Shown piece by piece: positions 27,827 through 37,305 of a stretch of 64,000 nt of DNA. The stretch's first letter is position 1, and the number at the start of each line of letters is the position of its first letter. The stretch is from Thermoplasmata archaeon (GTDB lineage: Archaea; Thermoplasmatota; Thermoplasmata; Lutacidiplasmatales; UBA184), in assembly GCA_022749995.1 (NCBI GenBank), contig JAKIWO010000001.1, positions 22,410 through 86,409 of the forward strand. The letters are read 5' to 3'. A program made the translations under genes and the position numbers. A model generated the notes under the pieces. That model had not been told where the DNA came from and ran no database searches. It was given only the letters and a program-made list of their open reading frames with translations.

Positions 27827-29779
27827 ATGACCTTCCTGCGACCGGTCGCGATGGTCAAGGTCGGTCTCCTAGGACTCAAGAGCGACCGGCCCGCCATCCT
27901 CTCGGCGCTGCACGACCTCGGGGCGGTCCAGGTCGAACCGATCCGCAAGGAAGCACTCGCCGAACTCGAGGCCGAACCGGGGGGGGAGGCGCACCGGAAG
28001 GTCGCCGAGGAGCTGCTCCGATTCCGCACGCTCAAGAACGCGCTGCCGCCCCGACCCCCCGCGCCCATCGGCTTCGCGTCGCTCGAGGAGCTGCTCGCCG
28101 GCGCCGCGGCGGTCCGGATCGACGCCGAGGTGACCGAGCTCAAGCGGGAGGAGGACCGGCTCCTCACGGAGCGCAAGCAGCTCGTCGACACGAGCGAACT
28201 GCTGAGCCGCCACCAGTACTGCACGGTCCCGCTCGAGCAGCTTCGGGCCAAGAGCGTGCTCGCCTTCTTCGGGGAGGCGCCCGCCGAAGGTTTCGCACCG
28301 TTGCAGCGGGAGATCTCGGCGATCGCCGAGACGGCCTTCTCCTCGCACCCGGAAGGCAAGAGCGTCCGGTTCGTCGTGGCCGTTCCGACGGCCAACGCCG
28401 ACGCGGTGAGCCGGATCGCCCAGCAGGCCGGAGTGAAGCTCGCGCCGGTGCCGGACCTCAAGGGCCGGATCGCCGAGGAGCTGCCCCGGCTTGCCGCCCG
28501 TCTCCTCGAGGTGGACCGGCGACTGGGAGAGCTGCGGGCCGGCCTGGCCGACATCGCCCGGGTCAACTACTCCCTCGTCGCCGCGATCGAAGAGGCGCTC
28601 GCGATCGAGAACCGAAAGTTCGAGACGTACAGCCGGATGGCGAGCGGGCACGAGGTCTTCGCCGTCGACGGCTGGATCCCGCAGCGCTCCGTCCCCGCGC
28701 TCGAGCAACTCCTCACTCGGGTGGCCGCCGACCGTGCGCTGCTCTACCCGATCCCCACGAGCGAGGAGGCGCCGACGCTGATCGAGAATCCTCGGGGGAT
28801 TCGTCGGTTCGAGTTCTTCATCCGGTTCTACGCCATCCCGAAGTCGAACGAGTTCGACCCGACGTGGATCTTCGCGCTCGCGTTCCCGATCTTTTTCGGG
28901 TTCATGCTGGGGGACTGGGGGTACGGGCTGGTCATCCTCCTGGTGAGCCTGTGGATGATCGCCGGATTCCCCGGCGGCGGACGGCTCCCGCACTTCATCA
29001 CTTCCTTACCGAAACTGATCATGAGCCCTCCCGCCATGCGGACGCTGGCCTGGACGCTGCTGCCCGGCTGCGTCATCGCGATCGGACTCGGAGTGTACTT
29101 CAACGAGCTCTTCGGGTTCCAACTGCCCTACACCGCGTTCGCGGTACCGCAGCGGAGCGTCGGCAAGCTCCTCGTCATCGCGGGGTACATCGGGCTCGTG
29201 ATGGTGGTGGTCGGTTTCGCTCTCGGCGCACTCCTCGCCTACTACCAACATCACCCCAAGCTGGTCCTCATGCGGATCGGAGGCATTCTGTTCGCGATCG
29301 GGGTAGCCTTCGCGGGGCTGACCGTCATCCACGCCGGGGGTATCAACGGGCACAGCCCGACGCTGCTCGCCTTCATCGGAGTCTCCCTCGCGGGCCTCGC
29401 GTGCATGTTCGTGGCCGAGGGGGGGCGAGCGCTCCTGGGGCTCATCGAGGTGGTGAGCCACATCCTCTCCTATACTCGGCTGGTGGGCATCCTCCTGGCG
29501 AGCGTCATCCTCGCGAGCGTCATCGACATGGAGAGCTGGACCGCCACCCACAACGGCACGATCCTCGGGCTCGTCGCCGGACTGGTGATGCTGATCTTCG
29601 GCCAGGTGTTTGTCCTCATCCTGGCCGTCTTTGAGCCCGGCATCCAAGGGGCCCGGCTCATCTTCGTCGAGCAGTTCTCCAAATTCTACGAGGGGAACGG
29701 GCGGCCGTTCCTGCCCTTCCGCTCCAGCCGGACCTTCACGACCGCCGCGCCGAGCCCGGCGAGCGCGCCGGTCCGCTAG
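27827..29779 (+). CDS. atpI: A/V-type ATP synthase subunit I (a)
   Basis: RPVAMVKV, EFDPT..FGFMLGDWGYG, SHILSYTRL (essential Arg), RLIFVEQFSKFY. Confidence 0.96.
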   Translation: MTFLRPVAMVKVGLLGLKSDRPAILSALHDLGAVQVEPIRKEALAELEAEPGGEAHRKVAEELLRFRTLKNALPPRPPAPIGFASLEELLAGAAAVRIDAEVTELKREEDRLLTERKQLVDTSELLSRHQYCTVPLEQLRAKSVLAFFGEAPAEGFAPLQREISAIAETAFSSHPEGKSVRFVVAVPTANADAVSRIAQQAGVKLAPVPDLKGRIAEELPRLAARLLEVDRRLGELRAGLADIARVNYSLVAAIEEALAIENRKFETYSRMASGHEVFAVDGWIPQRSVPALEQLLTRVAADRALLYPIPTSEEAPTLIENPRGIRRFEFFIRFYAIPKSNEFDPTWIFALAFPIFFGFMLGDWGYGLVILLVSLWMIAGFPGGGRLPHFITSLPKLIMSPPAMRTLAWTLLPGCVIAIGLGVYFNELFGFQLPYTAFAVPQRSVGKLLVIAGYIGLVMVVVGFALGALLAYYQHHPKLVLMRIGGILFAIGVAFAGLTVIHAGGINGHSPTLLAFIGVSLAGLACMFVAEGGRALLGLIEVVSHILSYTRLVGILLASVILASVIDMESWTATHNGTILGLVAGLVMLIFGQVFVLILAVFEPGIQGARLIFVEQFSKFYEGNGRPFLPFRSSRTFTTAAPSPASAPVR

Positions 29780-29796
29780 TCCGGGCGCCCGCGGCG

Positions 29797-30873
29797 CTAC
29801 AAACGCGGAACGACCAGCGAGCGGGTGAGCTCCTCCGCCGGTACGCCGTAGAGCTTGCCGTAGGCGATCCGCCGAAGGTCGGCCCGCTCCAGTTCGGAGA
29901 GGAGGAGGAATCCGAACAGGATGGAGATCGACAGGGGGAAGCTGCGCAGCCGCCGGAGCTGGCTCACCGCCCGGTCGCGCGTGAGCGCGATCTCGAACGG
30001 CACGAGACTATGCTCGCGCGGGTACTCGGCGATCCCCTCGGCGAGGGACGGGTAGGCGGGCAGGAGCTGGTTCGCGAGCTCGAGGACCCCCCGGGCGTTG
30101 TACAGGTCGGCGGCCCGGTTGCGCGGCAGGTTCCCGCCGTCGAGGAATCGCCCGAGCACCGCTTCGACCGGTAGGTCGGAATGCTTCCCTTTGAGCAAGA
30201 GAAGGACGTTGCGCACATCGACCTCGGTGCGTAGATACTCCCGAATGACCCACTCGTCCCCCTGGAAGAACCCCCCGTGCTCGAACAGGCGCCGGTAGTA
30301 GTCCCGGTCCAGCGCTTGGAGCAGGGGGAAGATGTCCCGGTCGCGGGCGTAGGTCTCGAGCAAGGGCAGCAGCGTCCCCCCGTAGCCGAACCGGACGAGC
30401 TGGGAGGCGATCGCCTCCAGCGACGGCTGCTGCAGCAGGGTCCGGAAGTCGTCGAGGGTCATGGGTCCGGCGAACAGTCCGGCCGGGACCTCCCGGTTCG
30501 ACACGAGGAACGCCTCCGTCTCGGAGAGCGATCGTCCCTGGGCCTTGGCGGCCAGCACGAGCCCGATGTTCTCGATGTCCCAGCGCCGCAGGTACGCCTC
30601 GATGAGCATCTTGCCGGCGTACGGCGCCGCTTCGTAGACCATCCGGTTGCGGTGCACGAACAGGCGGTTGATCGCCACCTCGATGAGCGCGGGCCCCTGG
30701 TAGGTGGCACCGGCCTGGACGAACTCGGGGCCGTAGGCCGTGGGTTCGAGCAGCTTGAGCAGCTCCTTCGTGTCCCGTGCTTGGACGAGCGGCGCGTACG
30801 CCTCCTTCGGTAGGAGAGTCGGCGCCAGCGCCTTGAATCGGCCCAGCGCGCTCGCGTAGGGGGAGCCGGCCAC
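29797..30873 (-). CDS. atpC: A/V-type ATP synthase subunit C (d)
   Basis: YLRRWDIENI, LDRDYY, EVDVRNV, ERADLRRIAYGK. Confidence 0.93.
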   Translation of the reverse strand: MAGSPYASALGRFKALAPTLLPKEAYAPLVQARDTKELLKLLEPTAYGPEFVQAGATYQGPALIEVAINRLFVHRNRMVYEAAPYAGKMLIEAYLRRWDIENIGLVLAAKAQGRSLSETEAFLVSNREVPAGLFAGPMTLDDFRTLLQQPSLEAIASQLVRFGYGGTLLPLLETYARDRDIFPLLQALDRDYYRRLFEHGGFFQGDEWVIREYLRTEVDVRNVLLLLKGKHSDLPVEAVLGRFLDGGNLPRNRAADLYNARGVLELANQLLPAYPSLAEGIAEYPREHSLVPFEIALTRDRAVSQLRRLRSFPLSISILFGFLLLSELERADLRRIAYGKLYGVPAEELTRSLVVPRL

Positions 30874-30881
30874 CGCTCCCC

Positions 30882-31436
30882 CTAACTCGCGAGCAGCTCG
30901 CGCAGCCGCGATTCGTGCAGCCGGAGCAGCTCGTCGAAGCTCAGGGTGAGCCGACGGTCCCGGTCCGCGCTCTCCGCCACCAGTCCGCCCAGGATCGGCA
31001 CCGGAGCGGGGTCGAACCCCCGGCCGGCGATCGACTTGAGCAGGCTCGCGTCCTCGACCCGACCGGTCACGCGCAGGTCCTTGCCCAGCCGGTCGACGGC
31101 AAAGCCGTACATCCGCCGGAGCACCTCGGGATAATCGCTCGAGTGCGTGTATTCGCCGAGCAGCTGTCGGGCCCCGTGGAGCGAGGACCCCAGCGCTCGC
31201 TCGCGGGCCTCGTACTCCAGCTTGCGGGCCTGCATCTTGGCACCGGCGAGACGCCGCTGCCGCTCGCGGTTGGACTCCTCCTGCGCCTGGCGGGCGGTCG
31301 CCTCGCGCAGCTCCTTCACCCGCCGGTCCCGCTCCGCGGCGAGCTGGGCCGTCTGCTGGGCGTGGCTGTGCTGGGCAGCCTCGAGCTCGGCCGCTCCCTT
31401 AGACTGGATCTCGGCGACCAGCCGCTCGAGGGTCAT
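30882..31436 (-). CDS. atpE: A/V-type ATP synthase subunit E
   Basis: N-terminal coiled coil; ILGGLVAESAD..SFDELL. Confidence 0.88.
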   Translation of the reverse strand: MTLERLVAEIQSKGAAELEAAQHSHAQQTAQLAAERDRRVKELREATARQAQEESNRERQRRLAGAKMQARKLEYEARERALGSSLHGARQLLGEYTHSSDYPEVLRRMYGFAVDRLGKDLRVTGRVEDASLLKSIAGRGFDPAPVPILGGLVAESADRDRRLTLSFDELLRLHESRLRELLAS

Positions 31437-31443
31437 GCCCGGA

Positions 31444-31662
31444 CTACAGGATGCCGAGCAGGAGGATGATTCCCAGAACGAATCCGATGATCCAGAGTGT
31501 CTCGGGGATCACGAAGAAGAACAGCACCCGCCCGAACAGCTCCGGCTTCTCGGCGTAGATCCCCATGCCGGCCGCGCCGATGCCCGACTGCGCCATGCCG
31601 GTTCCGATGAGTCCCCCGGCGATGGCGATGCCCGCGGCGATAGCTAGCTGAGGGTCGGTCAT
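31444..31662 (-). CDS. atpK: A/V-type ATP synthase subunit K (c, single hairpin, 72 aa)
   Basis: GMAQSGIGAAG..EKPE..IPETL; TTATATA box near 31696-31702. Confidence 0.95.
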   Translation of the reverse strand: MTDPQLAIAAGIAIAGGLIGTGMAQSGIGAAGMGIYAEKPELFGRVLFFFVIPETLWIIGFVLGIILLLGIL

Positions 31663-31836
31663 GGCTCGGTTACCCGCGCCGCGATTCGGGTTGCGTATAT
31701 AACGCAAGACCCCGTTCCACCGACGGCAAACGGGCCGCGGCTCCGACGGCCGCCGAGGGTCCGAGCGCTAAGGTCCCGCGCGCTGCCTCCCGCGCGCTGC
31801 CCGTACCGTTCTATAGGGACCGTGGCTCCCTCGGCC

Positions 31837-32544
31837 ATGCCGTCCCACTGGGAGCATCTCGCCGAGGAGCTCGTCCGTGAACTCGAGCTGGATCTGCCAC
31901 CCGTGCAGATCTCCTACCTCGAGGCGCCGCCCGCGGGGGTCGCCGAACATCCGGGAGGCTCGCCCTCGGTCTGCACCTTCTTTGCGGAGGGGAAGACCCA
32001 CGCCTTCTACGCCGGAAAGAAGGCGCACGAGGAGTGCGAAGTCGGGGCCTTCGTCATGGGCATCCCCCCGGAGGGGGAGCTGGGCCAGCGACTCATGTCG
32101 ACGATCGGCATGATGCAGAAGGAAGCGTACCTCGAGCCCGGCGAAGAGGCCAAGGTTCCGCACAACGCGAAGGCGCCCAGTTATGTGGCCTACGGACCGC
32201 TCGGGAAGATGTCGGTCCCTCCGACCAACGTACTCCTGTTCGCCCGTCCCAAGAGTGCCATGTTCGCGCTCGAGGCCGCCCACTTCGCGGCGCCGCTCAA
32301 CGGCCGGCCGATGTGCGCCATCGTGCCGATCCTCAACGCCGGCGCCCCCGTGGCGATCTCGACCGGCTGCATCGGCTCCCGCATCTACACCGAGATGGGG
32401 GACGACCGGATGGTCGTCGGCATCCGGGGCGACCACGTGGAGAAGTTCCTCGCCGAGCTACGTCGGATCCGCCAGGCCAACGCCGCGGTCGCGACGGAGG
32501 ACAGCCGCCGAAAGAAGTCGGCCTCGCACCCGTACGGAAAGTAG
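31837..32544 (+). CDS. DUF169 family protein
   Basis: PVQI, SVC..C..GA, YGPL, PMC, STGCIGSR. Confidence 0.8.
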   Translation: MPSHWEHLAEELVRELELDLPPVQISYLEAPPAGVAEHPGGSPSVCTFFAEGKTHAFYAGKKAHEECEVGAFVMGIPPEGELGQRLMSTIGMMQKEAYLEPGEEAKVPHNAKAPSYVAYGPLGKMSVPPTNVLLFARPKSAMFALEAAHFAAPLNGRPMCAIVPILNAGAPVAISTGCIGSRIYTEMGDDRMVVGIRGDHVEKFLAELRRIRQANAAVATEDSRRKKSASHPYGK

Positions 32545-32582
32545 GCGGGGCCTTCCGAAGGCCGCTCGCGAGGCCTGGACCG

Positions 32583-33563
32583 CTAGTGGATCTGCGAGAG
32601 CACCGCAGCGACCGAGGGCTCCGCGGCGACTGAGGCGGGAGCCCCCCCGTTCGCGTGGACCGTGAAGGCAAGCAGGTCATCGACCGCGGGCCCGAGCGCC
32701 GACCAGGCGCTGCCGTTCTCGTTCAGTGCCTGGTTCGCAAGCTGGGCCGCAGTGAGTCCGGAAATCGCTCCGGGGTCGACGAGCGTTCCCTGGTGGTAGA
32801 AAGTCCCGCCGAGGACGATGAATGGGATTCCTCCGAGCGGATTGTAGGCGCTGACGTACGCCTGCTCGGTGCAGATACCGACGGACGGCGCCTCGATCTG
32901 GGTGTCCGAGGTGGCCTCCCGCGCGTCGAGGGAGACGTAGCGGCTCGCAACCGACAGGCTCGGCAGCACGACGCTCGGCGTGTTCGGGAATGAGTCGGTC
33001 GGAGAAGAGTGGTCGAAGCTCACCCCGCTCACGTTGCCTAGCCGCTCGAGCGCCGAGAGCACCGCCCAACTGGACGCCGAGCAGTACGGACAGGCGACCG
33101 AGCCGTAGAAGAAGAGCACCGGCGCGCTCATCACGCTCCAACGGGCGGCCGACACCCGCTCCCAGCCTCCGGGCTCGGCGGTGGTGAACGGTGTGAGGAG
33201 CGGGCAGTGGTTCGCGAGCGCGGTACCCCCGAGGAGGGCCGGCAGGAGGAGTCCGGCCGCGAGACCGATCAGCGCGGTCCGCCGGAAGACCGTACTCCAC
33301 CGGACCCGTGCGCGGTAGAGGCCGAACCCGAACAGAAACAGCGACACGAGCAACAGGAGCACTAGGTCGGGGACGACCGGGAAGTACACTCCGACGGGAG
33401 AGGGTAGGAAGTAGGCCAGCACCGCCCACGGTCCGAAGAGGGGCAGGAGCAGCCAACCGAACCGCGCGAGGCTCCAGCGTCGGGTCGGATCGGGCGGGGG
33501 CACCGCCCTGGGCGGCGGGGAAAGCTCACCAGAAGTGGCGGGGGCTCGGCTCGACGGCGCCAC
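32583..33563 (-). CDS. Membrane-anchored DUF929 / thioredoxin-like protein
   Basis: N-terminal TM helices; FFYGSVACPYCSASSWAV..LERLGN..SSPTDSFPNTP..IPFI; start uncertain. Confidence 0.75.
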   Translation of the reverse strand: MAPSSRAPATSGELSPPPRAVPPPDPTRRWSLARFGWLLLPLFGPWAVLAYFLPSPVGVYFPVVPDLVLLLLVSLFLFGFGLYRARVRWSTVFRRTALIGLAAGLLLPALLGGTALANHCPLLTPFTTAEPGGWERVSAARWSVMSAPVLFFYGSVACPYCSASSWAVLSALERLGNVSGVSFDHSSPTDSFPNTPSVVLPSLSVASRYVSLDAREATSDTQIEAPSVGICTEQAYVSAYNPLGGIPFIVLGGTFYHQGTLVDPGAISGLTAAQLANQALNENGSAWSALGPAVDDLLAFTVHANGGAPASVAAEPSVAAVLSQIH

Positions 33564-33678
33564 GTCGCCTCGATTGAAACACCCTAGATGGCTCCTCCCC
33601 TCGGCGAAGGAAGGACTAGTGCCCATCCGCCGTCGCCGGAGCGGCGCCTAAGTAGCCCGCCCGCCGTGGGAGGAGGAC

Positions 33679-34581
33679 GTGCAGATCACCTTCCTCGGAA
33701 CGGCCGGTTCCTGGCCCACCAAGGAGCGCAACGCCAGCGCCATCGCCGTGGACACCGAGCGCGAACTGGTGCTGTTCGACTGCGGGGAAGGTACCCAGCG
33801 GCAGATGTTCTCCTCGACGCAGTCGTTCATGCGGGTCCGACGGGTGTTCCTCACGCACTTCCACGGGGACCACTTCCTCGGGCTGCCGGGACTGATCCAG
33901 TCGATGGGCCTCAACCACCGGGAGGCACCGCTCGACATTTACGGCCCCCCCGAGACCCGAGAGGTGGTCGGGCGCGTGCTCGAACTCGGCTACTTCACGC
34001 TCCGGTTCCCGATCGAGATCCACCCTCTTCAAGCCGGGGAGTCGGTGGAGCTTGACGGCTACACCGTCCGTACCAGCGAAGCGCTCCACCCGGTCCCGTC
34101 GCTCGCCTACCGTCTGGAAGAGGGACCCAAGCGCGGTCGGTTCGATGCGCCCAAAGCCCGTGCGCTCGGCATCCGAGGCGAGGAGTTCGCGCGCCTGGAG
34201 GAGGGTCACCCCGTGACCGTCGGGGGGCGCACGATCCGCCCGGAGGAGGTGATCGGCCCGCCGCGGCCCGGTCGCTCGCTCGTCTACTCCGGGGACAGCT
34301 CGCCGTCGCCGGACATCCAGCGTCTCGCCACCGGCGCGACCGTCCTCATCCACGAGGCCACCACCGCGACGGACCTCGAGGCGGAGGCGAACCAGTGGGG
34401 ACACTCCTCGGCCCGACAGGCGGCCGAGATCGCGCGAGCCGCCGGAGTCGGGACGTTGTTCCTCACGCACTTCTCCTCGCGCTACAAGGAGCTCGAGCCG
34501 CTCGAGGGCGAGGCCCGGGCCGTGTTTCCCGAAACCCGAACCGCGCGGGATTTGCTCGATCACTTGATCCGACAGCCATGA
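33679..34581 (+). CDS. rnz: Ribonuclease Z
   Basis: FLGT, DCGEGTQ, THFHGDH, YSGDS, HEAT, GHS, LTHFSSRY, exosite GP motif. Confidence 0.96.
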   Translation: MQITFLGTAGSWPTKERNASAIAVDTERELVLFDCGEGTQRQMFSSTQSFMRVRRVFLTHFHGDHFLGLPGLIQSMGLNHREAPLDIYGPPETREVVGRVLELGYFTLRFPIEIHPLQAGESVELDGYTVRTSEALHPVPSLAYRLEEGPKRGRFDAPKARALGIRGEEFARLEEGHPVTVGGRTIRPEEVIGPPRPGRSLVYSGDSSPSPDIQRLATGATVLIHEATTATDLEAEANQWGHSSARQAAEIARAAGVGTLFLTHFSSRYKELEPLEGEARAVFPETRTARDLLDHLIRQP

Positions 34582-35840
34582 TCCGCGCCGACCGTCTGCT
34601 GACTGGGTTCGAGGAGATCGCCACCCTCTCGCGGGGGGCCGTACCGAGGGTGGGCGTGGCCCAGCGCGCGCTCTCGCTCGAGGCCGACGGGGCGATCGCT
34701 ATCGACGCGGGCAAGGTCGTTGCGGTCGAGAGTAGTCGCGCGGTCCGGCGCAAGGTCGAGCTGCGTCCGCGCGCCGTGGTGGAGGAATGGCCCGGTGCGG
34801 TCGCGGTGCCGGGGTTCATCGACGCGCACACCCATGTGCTGTTCGGGGGCGATCGGCACGGGGAGATCGAGGCGAAACTCTCCGGCGCGAGCTTCGCCGA
34901 AATCGCTCGCTCCGGCGGTGGGATCTACTCGACCGTGCGGGCGACCCGGAGCGCCACCGACGCGGAGCTGGTCGATTCGGCAACGCAGCGCCTGCGCCGC
35001 ATGGCCCGCTCGGGGACGGTCGCGGTCGAGGTCAAGAGCGGCTACGCCCTCTCCCATGCCGGCGAGCTGCGTCTCCTCCGCCTCGTCCCGACGCTCGCCC
35101 GTCGCTCGGGCCTGCGTCTCGTCCCGACCTACCTCGGCGCCCACGCCCGGCCTCCCGGGCGGGACGCGCGTTCCTATCTCCGCGAGATCGTGGAGCGCAC
35201 GCTCCCGGCGATCCGTCGGGAGCGGCTCGCGCGGTTCTGCGACGCCTTCTGCGAGCCAGGATTCTATTCGGTGGCCGAGAGTGAGCGGATCCTGCGGGCG
35301 GCGCAGCGTCTGGGCCTGGGTCTCAAGCTTCACGCCGACGAATTCGTGGACACGGGGGGTGCCCAGCTTGCCGCCCGGCTCGCCGCGCGCTCGGCCGAGC
35401 ACCTGCTCGCGGCATCGCGGACCGGTCATCGCGCCCTCGCGCGCGCCGGCGTGACGGCCGTCCTCCTGCCGGTCACTCCGTTCGCCTCCCTCTCGGAGCT
35501 CCGCTCCCCGGGCCGCGAACTCGTCGACGCCGGTGTTCCGGTCGCGCTCGGCAGCGACTGTTCCCCGAACTCCTGGGTCGAATCGATGCCGCTCGTCATC
35601 GCGCACGCCGTGTACCGGGCGCGACTGACCCCGGCCGAGGCGCTCACCGCCGCGACGGTGAACGCCGCGCACGCGAGCGGTCTTCCCGTCGGTACCGGGA
35701 CGATCACCGTCGGGCAGCCGGCCGATTTTTCCGTGTTTTCGATGCGCTCCGTCGCGGAGATCCCGTACCGGATCGGCTGCCTTCCGGCCCAGATTTATCG
35801 ACGGGGACGGGCCGTTCTCTCGACGGAACTCCGAACGTAG
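34578..35840 (+). CDS. hutI: Imidazolonepropionase
   Basis: PGFIDAHTH, GGGIYSTVRATR, EVKSGY, LGAH, DAFCE, HADE, SAEHL, ALGSDCSP. Confidence 0.9.
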   Translation: MIRADRLLTGFEEIATLSRGAVPRVGVAQRALSLEADGAIAIDAGKVVAVESSRAVRRKVELRPRAVVEEWPGAVAVPGFIDAHTHVLFGGDRHGEIEAKLSGASFAEIARSGGGIYSTVRATRSATDAELVDSATQRLRRMARSGTVAVEVKSGYALSHAGELRLLRLVPTLARRSGLRLVPTYLGAHARPPGRDARSYLREIVERTLPAIRRERLARFCDAFCEPGFYSVAESERILRAAQRLGLGLKLHADEFVDTGGAQLAARLAARSAEHLLAASRTGHRALARAGVTAVLLPVTPFASLSELRSPGRELVDAGVPVALGSDCSPNSWVESMPLVIAHAVYRARLTPAEALTAATVNAAHASGLPVGTGTITVGQPADFSVFSMRSVAEIPYRIGCLPAQIYRRGRAVLSTELRT

Positions 35841-35883
35841 GTTCAAATAGAGGGGGCCTTGTCGTCGTCGTGAGGTCGCCAAA

Positions 35884-36099
35884 ATGGCTGAGCGCGTTGG
35901 CAAAGAGCAGGTCTCGCGGGAGAAGGGGTACCTCTACTATCTGGGCAAGGACGGTTACCTCTGGAAGACACCCACCAAGCTGAACAAGTCTGGAAAGAAG
36001 GCGCGGGTCGGCAGCGAGAAGATCTCTCGCGCGAACGGCTACATGTACTTCCTCGACAAGAAGGGGTACATTGCTCGCGCGAAGATGAAGAACGCCTGA
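35884..36099 (+). CDS. Small basic protein with an internal duplication, putative nucleic-acid binder
   Basis: 71 aa, Lys-rich, two repeats containing GY(L/M)Y(Y/F)L.K.GY; own promoter-like box and terminator. Confidence 0.8.
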   Translation: MAERVGKEQVSREKGYLYYLGKDGYLWKTPTKLNKSGKKARVGSEKISRANGYMYFLDKKGYIARAKMKNA

Positions 36100-36118
36100 T
36101 TCGTTCGGCAAACCTTTC

Positions 36119-36154
36119 GAACCCCTCCATTTGGAGGGGTTCTCTCCATTTTTT
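36119..36154 (+). terminator. Hairpin plus T-tract terminator
   Basis: GAACCCCTCC-ATTT-GGAGGGGTTC followed by T6 at 36149-36154. Confidence 0.7.
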
Positions 36155-36272
36155 CACTCGATGAGCCGAACGGCTCCCCGCCGCTGCTTCCTCCCGATGC
36201 GAGTTCGTGCGCCCCCCGCGGATGCGCTCGTCATCGCAACGTGGAAGTACCGATGCTCGGCTCTGACTGACC

Positions 36273-36851
36273 ATGGCCAAGAGTTCCTCCCCTGCATTCC
36301 CCGAAGAGACCCACCCGCGCCGGTTCACTCGCTTCGTCAGCGGACGTTCCGAGGCCGACGGATTCTGGGAGCTGCCGCCGAACGGGTTGTGTCTGTCCTG
36401 CTTCGTGGTGCTATCGCCGAAGGAGGGGGCACGGGAGGCGTTGGTCGGCCGGATCGACGCGAACCAACCCTGGCTCGAGCTGGGCGCCATCGACTCCGAG
36501 CGTGCGCTCCGCATCGGCGAGGGTTGGATGCTGCCTTCCTCCCATCTCCAGCAGTTCGAACCGCCGCAGCAGGCCGCCGAACGGATCCTCCGCGAGCAGC
36601 TCGGGATCGAACTGCGCCGCCTCGAAGGCCCGACGGTGGTCTCCGAGGCCTATCGTCGGCCGGGCCTCCCCCACTCCGGACCGCACTGGGACATCGAATT
36701 CGTCTATCGGGCCAGTGCCCCGGCCCGCTGGCGACCCCAGCATCCGGCCTGGCGGGAGCTCCGGTTCGTCGACCCCGCCGCCACTCCGCGGGACCAATTC
36801 GCCCGCTCCCACGACGAGATCTTGGAGCAGGCGGGCTTCCAGATCGGCTGA
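36273..36851 (+). CDS. NUDIX-fold protein with a degenerate Nudix box
   Basis: WMLPSSHLQQFEPPQQAAERILREQLG resembles GX5EX7REUXEEXGU. Confidence 0.7.
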   Translation: MAKSSSPAFPEETHPRRFTRFVSGRSEADGFWELPPNGLCLSCFVVLSPKEGAREALVGRIDANQPWLELGAIDSERALRIGEGWMLPSSHLQQFEPPQQAAERILREQLGIELRRLEGPTVVSEAYRRPGLPHSGPHWDIEFVYRASAPARWRPQHPAWRELRFVDPAATPRDQFARSHDEILEQAGFQIG

Positions 36852-36885
36852 GGACCCTCGGGGGTGGACCTCCGGAAGGGAGGCG

Positions 36886-37059
36886 TTACGACCGAAGGTG
36901 CGCGCTCGCTTGGTCCGACGAGGGAGCGGGCAAGAGCCGCATCGAGCACGGCATGGTGACACCGCACTCTCCGCAGAACCGTCCTTCCTCGACGACCCAG
37001 AGAAACGCACCGCATCGGTCGCACGTCCGGTCGTCGTCGGAGTCGTACCGGCACGGCAT
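36886..37059 (-). CDS. Small zinc-ribbon protein (57 aa)
   Basis: CDRCG..CGECG; TATAAG box at 37084-37089 about 25 nt upstream. Confidence 0.45.
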   Translation of the reverse strand: MPCRYDSDDDRTCDRCGAFLWVVEEGRFCGECGVTMPCSMRLLPAPSSDQASAHLRS

Positions 37060-37123
37060 CGACCGGCCGGAGCGGTGCCGGACCTTATAGCCGGCCGTCC
37101 ACGCGCCTCCGGAACGCCCACCG

Positions 37124-37305
37124 CGTTCCATTGCGTCGTTCGTAGCGGCTGGTCCGACCTTGGGTGGATATACCGGAAGCACGTGGGGCGGCCGGGGAGT
37201 CGTTGATCGGCATTCCGGCGGGCATGGGCGCTATCCACCAGCCCGTCGGCGATGGAACGGGGCGCCGCGCCGAGGAGGGTGTTTCCCGACCTCCGGTTCG
37301 AGGTC
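37124..37305. ncRNA. Candidate structured RNA or leader upstream of nrdJ
   Basis: Nested stems 37124-34/37249-59, 37163-70/37232-39 and 37173-78/37213-18, plus a hairpin at 37288-37305. Confidence 0.35.
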
